Counted from the stretch's first letter, positions 27,480 through 35,078 are shown. The stretch: DNA of 40,773 nucleotides from an uncultured Oscillospiraceae bacterium (GCA_944385835.1 CALWYT010000087.1:1-40773); one strand, 5' to 3'. Made by a program: numbers and translations. Notes: a model not told the origin generated them from the sequence alone.

Positions 27480-28730
27480 ATGCTGAAAAAAGTGAAGAAA
27501 CCCGGCCTCACGACGCAGATACTCATAGGAATGGTGCTGGGCGCGTTGTGCGGCCTCATCGTAGGGCCTGAGATAGAGGTTATAAGTTTTATCGGTACGA
27601 TTTACCTGTATCTCCTGCGCTGCGGCGTCGTGCCTCTGATTTTCTGCAACATCCTGCTGGCCGTCACCGGCATGGGAGACGTGAAGAAGCTGGGGCGCAT
27701 AGGCGTAAAGCTGATCGTGCTGTTCATGGCGACGACCTTCGTCGCCGCGGCCATCGGCCTTGTCGTGGCGCTGGTGATACATCCCGGCGCGGGCTTCGTC
27801 ATGACCGAAGCCGGCGAGGTGACCGAGCAGGCCGCGCCGACCCTGGCCAGCATCTGCCTGAGCTTCTTCGGCACGAACATCATCGGCTCCATGGCCGAAG
27901 GCACCCTTCTGCACGTCATCTCCTTCGCCATCATCTCCGGCATCGGCGTGATGCTGTTCATGAAGGAGGACGATCAGGCGAAGCTGCTCGGCGGTACGGG
28001 CCTGATTTCGCGCTACATCATGAGCTTCCTGCGCCTGGTCATGAAGTTCACGCCCATAGGCGTGTTCTGCCTGATGAGCAAGACCACGGGCCTCTACGGC
28101 ACGGACGTCCTGGGACCGCTCGGGAAGTTCATCCTGGCCATATACATCGCGATATTCATCCACGCCTTTGTGTTCTACGCCGGCATCTACTTCGCCGGCA
28201 CCAAGAAGAACCCGTTCAAGTTCTGGAAGACCATATCCCCCGTGTGGATGACCAGCCTCTCCACCTGCTCCACCGCCGCGACCATGCCGGTCTCGATGCG
28301 CACCTGCGAGGAAAACCTGAAGCTGCGCAAGGAGATCTCCGACCTCACCATCCCGCTGGGCGCGAACATGAACATGGACGGAAACGGCCTCTGGTACGGC
28401 GTCGTGGCCGTGTTCGTCGCCGAATCCATCGGCCTGGACATGAGCATCGGCACCATGATAGTCGCCGTGCTCACCGGCGTCCTTATGACGCTGGGCAGCC
28501 CCGGCATCCCGGGCGGCATAGTCGTGTCCACCACCATCTTCCTGCAGGCCATGGGTATGCCCGCCGAATTCGCCGCGCTGCTGGGCGGCATCGTAAGCGT
28601 CGTGGATATGGGCCTGACCACGCTCAACTGCTCCGGCAGCGTCGTCGTCGCGGCCATGGTGTCCGCCGGCGAGGACCGCAGGGAGGAGAAGGAAAAAGCC
28701 GCGGCGAAAGCGCCTGAGGGAAAGGAGTAA
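27480..28730 (+). CDS. dicarboxylate/amino acid:cation symporter (DAACS family)
   Basis: ATG at 27480 after GGAAGGGG. MLKKVKKPGLTTQILIGMVLG start, STCSTAATMPVSM and NMDGNGLWYG motifs equivalent to SSSATLP / NMDGTA of GltP/SstT-type carriers. Confidence 0.85.
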   Translation: MLKKVKKPGLTTQILIGMVLGALCGLIVGPEIEVISFIGTIYLYLLRCGVVPLIFCNILLAVTGMGDVKKLGRIGVKLIVLFMATTFVAAAIGLVVALVIHPGAGFVMTEAGEVTEQAAPTLASICLSFFGTNIIGSMAEGTLLHVISFAIISGIGVMLFMKEDDQAKLLGGTGLISRYIMSFLRLVMKFTPIGVFCLMSKTTGLYGTDVLGPLGKFILAIYIAIFIHAFVFYAGIYFAGTKKNPFKFWKTISPVWMTSLSTCSTAATMPVSMRTCEENLKLRKEISDLTIPLGANMNMDGNGLWYGVVAVFVAESIGLDMSIGTMIVAVLTGVLMTLGSPGIPGGIVVSTTIFLQAMGMPAEFAALLGGIVSVVDMGLTTLNCSGSVVVAAMVSAGEDRREEKEKAAAKAPEGKE

Positions 28731-28733
28731 AAA

Positions 28734-29453
28734 ATGAAAAAGGAAAAAGTCATCGGCATAATGGGAGGCATGGGGCCTGAGGCCGGCGCGGATATATTCC
28801 TCGATATCACGGCCGCCACGCACGCCAAGTGCGACGAGGAGCACCTCCACATCATCATGGACAGCAACCCCAAGATGCCCAGCCGCCAGGACGCCATCCT
28901 CCACGGCGGCGAAAGCCCCGTCCCGGCCATGGTCGCCACGGCGCAGAACCTGGTCAGGGCCGGCGCGGACGTCATCATCATCGGCGCGAACACCGCGCAC
29001 TACTTCTACGACGCCGTCTCCGCCCAGGTGGGCGTACCCTTCCTGCACATCATCGACGAGACGGTCAAGGAGATGGCCCGCGTCTGCCCCGGCATACACA
29101 CTGTGGGCGTGCTGTCCTCCAACGGCGCGGTCAAGGCGCGCGTCTATCACAAGTCCTGCGAGAAGTTCGGCATGGAGGTGCTCGACCTGCCGCCCGAGCT
29201 GCAGAGCCAGCTGCACCAGTCCATCGTGGACCCCGACTACGGCCTCAAGTACGCCGGGCGCACCGAGCGCTGCGTGGCGGACGCCACGGAGGCGGCCAAC
29301 TGGCTGGTTGACCACGGCGCCGAGGCGCTGATCATGGGCTGCACAGAGATACCCCTGATCCTCGGCAACGACGCAAAGTTCCCGGTCCCGCTGCTCAACC
29401 CCAACAAGATAATCGCCGAGGCGGCCGTGCGCTTCGCCAAGGGCGAGGACTGA
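28734..29453 (+). CDS. Asp/Glu/hydantoin racemase family protein (aspartate-racemase-like; first catalytic Cys position is Ala)
   Basis: IGIMGGMGPEAG start, IIIGANTAHYF (normally CNTAH) and MGCTEIPLIL (second Cys retained). Confidence 0.8.
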   Translation: MKKEKVIGIMGGMGPEAGADIFLDITAATHAKCDEEHLHIIMDSNPKMPSRQDAILHGGESPVPAMVATAQNLVRAGADVIIIGANTAHYFYDAVSAQVGVPFLHIIDETVKEMARVCPGIHTVGVLSSNGAVKARVYHKSCEKFGMEVLDLPPELQSQLHQSIVDPDYGLKYAGRTERCVADATEAANWLVDHGAEALIMGCTEIPLILGNDAKFPVPLLNPNKIIAEAAVRFAKGED

Positions 29454-29482
29454 GCCGGAGCCGGTTTTAGGAGGAGAGAGCC

Positions 29483-29941
29483 ATGAAAATTGAAAAACGC
29501 CTGGAGGAGCTGGGCATCACCCTGCCCGACGCCCCGACCCCGCTCGCCAATTACGTCCCCGTGCGCAGGTCCGGCAACCTGCTGTTCATGTCCGGCGCCG
29601 GCCCCTTCGAAAATGGCAAGCCCGTCATAACCGGCAAGCTGGGCAAGGAGCTGGACGCCGAGCAGGGCTACGCCGCCGCGCGCCTGGCCGGACTGAACCT
29701 GATCGCCCAGCTCAAGAACGCCCTGGGCGACCTCGACCGGGTCAAGCAGTTCGTCAAGGTGCTGGCCTTCGTCGCCTCCACCCCGGACTTCACGGCCCAG
29801 CCCGCGGTCATGAACGGCGCGTCCGACCTCTTTGTCGAGGTGTTCGGCGAGGCGGGCAAGCACGCGCGCAGCGCCGTCGCGGCCCCCGTACTGCCCATGG
29901 ACGTCGCGGTGGAGATAGAGATCATCGTCGAGGTGGAGTGA
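29483..29941 (+). CDS. RidA/YjgF/UK114 family protein
   Basis: 152 aa. YVPVRRSGNLLFMSGAGP...ARSAVAAPVLPMDVAVEIEIIVEV is the YjgF-family pattern. Confidence 0.8.
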   Translation: MKIEKRLEELGITLPDAPTPLANYVPVRRSGNLLFMSGAGPFENGKPVITGKLGKELDAEQGYAAARLAGLNLIAQLKNALGDLDRVKQFVKVLAFVASTPDFTAQPAVMNGASDLFVEVFGEAGKHARSAVAAPVLPMDVAVEIEIIVEVE

Positions 29942-29955
29942 GCCTCGCGCAAACG

Positions 29956-29987
29956 AAAATCCGGCCGGGAAACCAGCCGGATTTTTC
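29956..29987. terminator. bidirectional rho-independent terminator
   Basis: AAAATCCGGC...GCCGGATTTTT hairpin with A-run and T-run flanks, between convergent genes. Confidence 0.7.
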
Positions 29988-30009
29988 TTGCAGGATGCGG
30001 CGGGGCGGC

Positions 30010-30687
30010 TCAGCCGTTGCCCGTCGGGAAGTAGGGCCGCAGCGCGGCGGCAACGCCGGAGATGGGCATGGTCTGGAGCCAGACCTTGCCCGGGCCTGTG
30101 AGCAGGGTGTTGAAGAGGCCCTCGCCGCCGAAGAACTTGTTCTTCAGGCCGGGGACTTCGCGTATCTCCATCTGCACGCCGGCCTCGAAGCCGGCGACGT
30201 TCCCCGTGTCCGCCAGCAGCTGCTCGCCGGGGGCCAGCTCCGTCTCAAAGACGTCGCCGTCTATCTCGACAAAGGCCAGGCCCTCGCCGCCCAGGCGCTG
30301 CATGATGAAGCCCTCGCCGCCGAAGAGGCCGGCGCCGAGGCGCTTGTTGAAGAACACCGACAGCTCCACGCCCGGCGTGGAGGCGAGGAAGCTGCGCTTC
30401 TGCACGATTATCTCGCGCCCCGGGCCGATCTCCATGGGCAGGATCCGGCCGGGGAAGCTGCAGCCGAAGGCTATGCTGCCCTCGCCTTCAGCGGTGTAGA
30501 TGTTCTGGAAGATGCTCTCGCCGGAGAAGGCGCGGGAGAACATCTTGCCCAGCCCGCCGCCGGTGGTCTCCATCCTGATGTTCGGCGTCTGCCAGACCAT
30601 GGAACCGCGCTCGGTTATCATGGCCTCGCCGTCGTTCAGCGAGCAGATTACTACGGGGAACTCCCCGCCGCGGATTTCGTAACGCAT
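30010..30687 (-). CDS. TIGR00266/AIM24 (DUF124) family protein
   Basis: 225 aa. MRYEIRGGEFPVVICSLNDGEAMITERGSMVW...FGGEGFIMQRLGGEG...GGEGLFNTLLTGPGKVWLQTMP matches the family pattern. Confidence 0.75.
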   Translation of the reverse strand: MRYEIRGGEFPVVICSLNDGEAMITERGSMVWQTPNIRMETTGGGLGKMFSRAFSGESIFQNIYTAEGEGSIAFGCSFPGRILPMEIGPGREIIVQKRSFLASTPGVELSVFFNKRLGAGLFGGEGFIMQRLGGEGLAFVEIDGDVFETELAPGEQLLADTGNVAGFEAGVQMEIREVPGLKNKFFGGEGLFNTLLTGPGKVWLQTMPISGVAAALRPYFPTGNG

Positions 30688-30726
30688 ACTGCGCCTCCTT
30701 AGTGTTTATTGTATTTTGCGGCGCGC

Positions 30727-31224
30727 TCAGTCGAACGCGCGCTTTATCTGCATCATGTACAGGCTCTTGTCGTCCACGGCGCGCATGGTGGCGAGTATGC
30801 CGTCCAGATGGTCGTACTCGTGCTGCACCAGCTCGGCGAGGTCGCCCTCCGGCTCCAGGCGCTGCGGCGCGCCGGCCTCGTCCGTGTACTCCAGCACGCA
30901 GCGCCTGTGCCGCTGCACGCGCACGGCGAGGCCGGGGAAGGACATACAGTCGTCCAGCAGCTCGTAGGTCTCGCCGTCCGGGAAGCTCAGCGAGGGGTTC
31001 ACCAGCACGTAGGGCCGCTCCAGCAGCATATAGATCAGCCGCTTGCGGACGCCTATCTGCGGCGCGGCCACGGCCCGGCCCGCGCCGTACCTCGCGCGGT
31101 AGTCGAGCAGCGTGTCGTGCAGATCCCGCGTCCAGCCGGGGAGCAGGTCCCAGTCCCCGCCCTCTATGGGCAGGCTCGGCTCGTACAAGCGCGCGTCGCC
31201 GAGAAGCAAAATATCGCGTACCAT
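30727..31224 (-). CDS. def: peptide deformylase (divergent motif 2)
   Basis: GRAVAAPQIG (motif 1), DDCMSFPG (EGCLS equivalent, Cys kept), HEYDHLDG (HExxH motif 3). Confidence 0.8.
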   Translation of the reverse strand: MVRDILLLGDARLYEPSLPIEGGDWDLLPGWTRDLHDTLLDYRARYGAGRAVAAPQIGVRKRLIYMLLERPYVLVNPSLSFPDGETYELLDDCMSFPGLAVRVQRHRRCVLEYTDEAGAPQRLEPEGDLAELVQHEYDHLDGILATMRAVDDKSLYMMQIKRAFD

Positions 31225-31247
31225 GGCGCATCCTCCTAAAGATATTG

Positions 31248-31276
31248 TTGCAATGGGGGAAAAGCTGGGGTATAAT
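31248..31276 (+). promoter_or_regulatory. promoter of the XRE-S24 repressor gene
   Basis: TTGCAA, 17-nt spacer, TATAAT. AAGGAGAGG RBS and GTG at 31300 lie downstream. Confidence 0.55.
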
Positions 31277-31299
31277 TCTCCTGTAAGGAGAGGTTAAAC

Positions 31300-31995
31300 G
31301 TGAAAAAATCTCTTGGAACGACATTAAACCGGCTGCGGCGCGAGGCGGGGCTGACACAGTCGCGCGTCTGCGAGGAGCTGGCGGCCCGCGGCCTTGAAAT
31401 ACAGAGCGCCGGGGTGAGCAAGTGGGAAAAGGACATGACCATGCCCAACGCGGCGCAGTTCCTGGCCCTGTGCTCCATCTACGGCGTGACGGACGTGCTC
31501 GGCACCTTCACCGGCGGCGGGGGAGCGCTCGCCGGGCTGAACGCGGAGGGGCGGCGGCTTGTCGCCCAGTACGTCCGCGTGCTGCGCGCCAGCGGGCTGT
31601 ACGCGGAGGAGGACGAGGAGCGCGCGAGGGTGCTGCCACTCTTCGACCTCGCGGCCAGCGCCGGCACGGGCCAGTTCCTGGACGGCGAGAGCAGCGAGCC
31701 TGTGGACGCGGCCGGCGCCCCGGAGGGCGCGGACTTCGCCGTGCGCATAGCCGGCGACAGCATGGAGCCGGCCATACGCGACGGCAGCGTGGTCTGGGTG
31801 CGCCGCTGCGAGAGCATAGAGCGCGGCAGGGTGGGCATCTTCGTCCTGGACGGCCAGGCCTACTGCAAGCGCCTGGGCGCGTCCGGCGGACGCACGGCGC
31901 TCATCTCCGAAAACCGCGCGTACCCGCCCATAGTCCCCGGCGAGGGCGACAGCCTGCGCGTCCTCGGCGAGGTGCTGGGCGCGGCGGGGGCTTAG
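31300..31995 (+). CDS. XRE-family HTH fused to an S24 (LexA/CI-like) self-cleaving peptidase domain
   Basis: N-terminal LRREAGLTQSRVCEEL...VSKWEKD HTH. C-terminal GDSMEP (catalytic Ser) and YCKRL (Lys). Confidence 0.8.
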   Translation: MKKSLGTTLNRLRREAGLTQSRVCEELAARGLEIQSAGVSKWEKDMTMPNAAQFLALCSIYGVTDVLGTFTGGGGALAGLNAEGRRLVAQYVRVLRASGLYAEEDEERARVLPLFDLAASAGTGQFLDGESSEPVDAAGAPEGADFAVRIAGDSMEPAIRDGSVVWVRRCESIERGRVGIFVLDGQAYCKRLGASGGRTALISENRAYPPIVPGEGDSLRVLGEVLGAAGA

Positions 31996-31997
31996 CC

Positions 31998-32633
31998 TCA
32001 GCCGGAGGCGAACTGGCAGACGTGCCGCACGCAGCAGCGCTCGCAGTACGGCTTGCGCGCCGTGCAGACGGCGCGGCCGTGCAGCACCAGGCGGTGCGTG
32101 AAGTTGTTCGTCTTTTCCGGGGGGATCTGCGCGCGCAGCGCGGTCTCTATCTTCACGGGGTCCTTTTCGCCGTCGACGAGGCCCATGCGGTTCGAAAGCC
32201 GGATGCAGTGCGTGTCCACGGTCACGGCGCCGGGGACGTTGTAGATGTCGCCGAGTATCAGGTTGGCGGTCTTGCGCCCGACGCCCGGCAGCTTGACAAG
32301 CTCCTCCATCGTGTCCGGCACGCGGCCGCCGTGCCGCGCGAGCAGTATCTGCGCGCAGGCGACTATGTCGCGCGCCTTGGTGTGGTAGAAGCCGCAGGAC
32401 TTGACGTATTTCTCCACTTCCTCCACGTCCGCGGCGGCGAAGCTCTCCAGCGTGGGGAAGCGCGCGAAGAGCGCGGGGGTCACCATGTTGACGCGCTCGT
32501 CCGTACACTGCGCCGCCAGCCGCACGGAGAACAGCAGCTCATAGTCCCTGCCATATTCCAGCGAGCAGAGCGAGTCGGGATATTCCTCTTCCAGGCAGCG
32601 GACAATCTCCAGCGCCTGTTCGGGCGTTCTCAT
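31998..32633 (-). CDS. nth: endonuclease III
   Basis: HhH-GPD motif LVKLPGVGRKTANLILG, DTH, and the 4Fe-4S cluster C-x6-C-x2-C-x5-C (CTARKPYCERCCVRHVC). Start chosen at ATG 32633 by comparison with Nth N-termini. The track ORF extends to 32684. Confidence 0.85.
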   Translation of the reverse strand: MRTPEQALEIVRCLEEEYPDSLCSLEYGRDYELLFSVRLAAQCTDERVNMVTPALFARFPTLESFAAADVEEVEKYVKSCGFYHTKARDIVACAQILLARHGGRVPDTMEELVKLPGVGRKTANLILGDIYNVPGAVTVDTHCIRLSNRMGLVDGEKDPVKIETALRAQIPPEKTNNFTHRLVLHGRAVCTARKPYCERCCVRHVCQFASG

Positions 32634-32705
32634 ACATATCACCAGCCTTTTTGACATTTTATCACGGTTTCCTGCATATTTCAACGCAATCAGAGGTGAT
32701 TTCTC

Positions 32706-33968
32706 TTGCGGCCCTTAGCCGATGAGATACGCCCGCGCGACCTGGACGAGGTCGTCGGGCAGAAGCACATACTGGGACAGGGCGGCCTGCTCCGCCGGAT
32801 CATCGAGAGCGGCAGCATACCGAACATGGTGTTCTACGGCCCCTCGGGTACCGGCAAGACCACGGTTGCGAACATCATCGCGCGCCGGACGGACAGGACG
32901 CTGCGCCGCCTGAACGCCACCAACGCCTCGCTCTCCGACGTGAAGGGCGTCATCGCCGAGCTGGACACGCTGCTGACCCCGGGCGGCGTGCTGCTCTACC
33001 TGGACGAGATACAGTACTTCAACAAAAAGCAGCAGCAGAGCCTGCTGGAATTCATCGAGGACGGGCGCATAACGCTGATAGCCTCGACGACGGAGAACCC
33101 GTATTTCTACGTCTACAACGCGCTTTTGAGCCGGAGCAGCGTCTTTGAGTTCAAGAGCGTGACGCCGGAGGAGGTTATCCCGGCCGTGGAGCGCGCCGTG
33201 CGCCGCGCGTCGGAGCTGGAGGGCGTGACAGCCGAGCTGGAGCCGGGCGTGGCCGAGCGGCTGGCCGCCGGCTGCGGCGGCGACGTGCGCAAGGCGGTGA
33301 ACGGCGTCGAGCTGCTCTTTGCCGCCGCGCCGCGCACGGACGGCAGGGTGCGGCTCACCCTCGCCGACGCCGAGGCCGCCACGGCCCGCAGCTCCATGCA
33401 CTATGACCGCGAGGGCGACGAGCACTTCGACGCGGTCAGCGCGCTGATGAAGTCGCTGCGCGGCTCGGACCCAGACGCGGCGCTGCACTACCTGGCCCGG
33501 CTGCTGGAGGCCGGCGACCTTATCGGCGCGATACGCCGCCTGCTCTGCTCGGCCAGCGAGGACATCGGCCTGGCCTATCCCCAGGCGGCGAGCATAGTCA
33601 AGGCCTGCTGCGACAGCGCGCTGCAGCTGGGCCTGCCGGAGGCGCGGCTGCCGCTGGCCCAGGCGGCGCTGCTCCTGGCCACCGCGCCGAAGAGCAACAG
33701 CGTGGTCATGTCCATCGACGCGGCCATGGCCGACGTCCGCCGCGGCAACTACGGCCCGCCGCCGCGCGAGTTGCAGAACGTCCACGCCGACGGCACGGGC
33801 TTTGAGCGCGAGCAGGGCTACAAGTACCCGCACAGCTATCCCGGCCACTGGGTGGAGCAGCAGTACCTGCCCGACGCCCTCGCCGGCAGGAGATATTACG
33901 AGTTCGGCGAGAACAAGAATGAGCAGGCCGCCAAGGCCTATTGGGAGCGCGTCAAGGGAGGCAAGTGA
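32706..33968 (+). CDS. rarA: replication-associated recombination protein A (AAA+ ATPase)
   Basis: TTG start after GAGGTGA. LADEIRPRDLDEVVGQKHILG, Walker A GPSGTGKTT, Walker B LYLDEIQ, C-terminal MgsA domain YKYPHSYPGHWVEQQYLP. Confidence 0.9.
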   Translation: MRPLADEIRPRDLDEVVGQKHILGQGGLLRRIIESGSIPNMVFYGPSGTGKTTVANIIARRTDRTLRRLNATNASLSDVKGVIAELDTLLTPGGVLLYLDEIQYFNKKQQQSLLEFIEDGRITLIASTTENPYFYVYNALLSRSSVFEFKSVTPEEVIPAVERAVRRASELEGVTAELEPGVAERLAAGCGGDVRKAVNGVELLFAAAPRTDGRVRLTLADAEAATARSSMHYDREGDEHFDAVSALMKSLRGSDPDAALHYLARLLEAGDLIGAIRRLLCSASEDIGLAYPQAASIVKACCDSALQLGLPEARLPLAQAALLLATAPKSNSVVMSIDAAMADVRRGNYGPPPRELQNVHADGTGFEREQGYKYPHSYPGHWVEQQYLPDALAGRRYYEFGENKNEQAAKAYWERVKGGK

Positions 33969-34162
33969 TGGACATACGGGTCGGCGACACGCTGGTGATG
34001 AAAAAAACGCACCCCTGCGGCTCCAACCGCTGGCTGGTGGAGCGCACGGGCGCGGACTTCCGGCTCAAATGCCTCGGCTGCGGCCGCGAGGTGTTCGGCG
34101 AAAGGGTCAAGTTTGAGCGGAACGTAAAAAAAATAGAGCGCGAGGGCGCGCCGCAGCAGTAA
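33968..34162 (+). CDS. DUF951 family protein
   Basis: ATG overlaps the rarA stop (TGATG). MDIRVGDTLVMKKTHPCGSNRWLVERTGADFRLKCLGCGREV is the DUF951 signature. Confidence 0.8.
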   Translation: MDIRVGDTLVMKKTHPCGSNRWLVERTGADFRLKCLGCGREVFGERVKFERNVKKIEREGAPQQ

Positions 34163-34281
34163 CGGGCCGTCTGCGCAGGGACGGCATGAAGCGCCGCCCC
34201 CGCCTGCGGTTCCTGCACAAAGGAAAAACCGGGATTTAGGAGATTGAGGATATGGATTGCCTCCGGGAAAGGGACTGCGAG

Positions 34282-34683
34282 TTAATAGCTGTACCCTCTC
34301 GGAGCCGCGCCCAGACTATCCGTCGGACTGACCGCCGAACTATCCGGCATTACCGGAGGGTTCACATCCTGCGCGGGCGAACTGTTCGGAATTTCCGAAG
34401 TGTTGACAGATTGCTCGGAGTTTGGTATAATATTATTAGAGAGCGTCCCGGAACCCCCGGTAACTCCGTTTTGTGCGGTAACCCCGGTCTTGATGTTGTC
34501 CGGGGCGCTTTCGCTTTCTGTGTAAACTTTGTATATTTTTTCGCCGTCGCTGCCAATAACTTCGTGTAGGTAAAAACGATTAGACGAATCAGAACGAACG
34601 ACAGCGGCGACATAAGAACGCCGTCCGCCAATATCAACAGGTGCGGCAAAAACAGAGGAAGCGAAAAAAGCAATCCGCCTGAA
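34282..34683 (-). pseudogene. 133-codon open frame without any canonical start; possible gene remnant
   Basis: Absent from the ORF track because there is no ATG/GTG/TTG until near its end. Translation is ...GRRSYVAAVVRSDSSNRFYLHEVIGSDGEKIYKVYTESESAPDNIKTGVTAQNGVTGGSGTLSNNIIPNSEQSVNTSEIPNSS...GYSY*. Lies in visibly AT-richer DNA. Confidence 0.25.
34403..34431 (+). promoter_or_regulatory. perfect consensus sigma-A promoter with extended -10
   Basis: TTGACA (34403-34408), exactly 17 nt, TGgTATAAT (TG at 34423-34424, TATAAT at 34426-34431). Preceded by the 15-bp palindrome TTCGGAAtTTCCGAA (34385-34399). Confidence 0.6.
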
Positions 34684-34711
34684 CTACGACCATGAGCGCC
34701 TTAACCACACT

Positions 34712-35014
34712 GTGGGGGCCGCCGTGCGCTGCAAAAGCGGCAAAGTATACGTCGGGGTAAATCTCTATTCCCTGCACGGCGCCTGCGCGGAGCAGGTGGC
34801 GATAGGCGCGGCGATCACAAACGGCGAAAGGGAGTTCGACGCCATAGTTGCTGTCAGAGGGGAAGCGGGCGGCGAGGTCATACCGCCCTGCGGAAACTGC
34901 CGCCAGATACTGCACGATTATATGCCGGATTGCGGCGTCATCGTGCCGGCGGGCGGAGGGCTTGCAAAAATCAGGGCAAAAGAGCTTCTGCCGTTTTCCT
35001 ATTCGGTGGAGTAG
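34712..35014 (+). CDS. cytidine/blasticidin-S deaminase-like zinc deaminase, apparently lacking its normal 5' start
   Basis: HGACAEQVAIG (H/C-A-E) and PCGNCRQ zinc motifs. The ELLPFSY C-terminus is like BSD. The frame is open from 34616 and encodes a plausible N-terminal helix (KTEEAKKAIRLNYDHERLNHTVGAAV), but the first canonical start is GTG 34712. Confidence 0.65.
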   Translation: MGAAVRCKSGKVYVGVNLYSLHGACAEQVAIGAAITNGEREFDAIVAVRGEAGGEVIPPCGNCRQILHDYMPDCGVIVPAGGGLAKIRAKELLPFSYSVE

Positions 35015-35043
35015 GTCCCGGCCCGCGCGGCCGCGCAGCGGAG

Positions 35044-35075
35044 GAGGCCCGCGCCGTACGGCGCGGGCCTCTTGG
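35044..35075 (+). terminator. terminator hairpin between the deaminase-like gene and glnS
   Basis: GAGGCCCGCGCC / GGCGCGGGCCTC perfect 12-bp stem, GTAC loop, then TTGG. The U-tract is weak. Confidence 0.5.
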
Positions 35076-35078
35076 CTG

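Noticed and set aside
34252-34673. Track ORFs 34252-34569(+) and 34362-34673(-) as real genes.
   Set aside because: They have no RBS, and the translations are odd and basic (RRTDRRTIRHYRRVH... and KKYTKFTQKAKAPRTT...). They overlap each other and the consensus promoter. The 103-aa minus ORF has a hydrophobic N-terminus, but that is the antisense of the K/E-rich deaminase N-terminal coding sequence.
34163-34711. A known structured RNA gene (RNase P RNA, SRP RNA, tmRNA, 6S) in the AT-richer gap.
   Set aside because: None of the conserved cores I can recall is present (GAGGAAAGTCC for RNase P, GGAAGCAGCC for SRP domain IV, the tRNA-like 3' end of tmRNA). 6S RNA cannot be excluded by eye.
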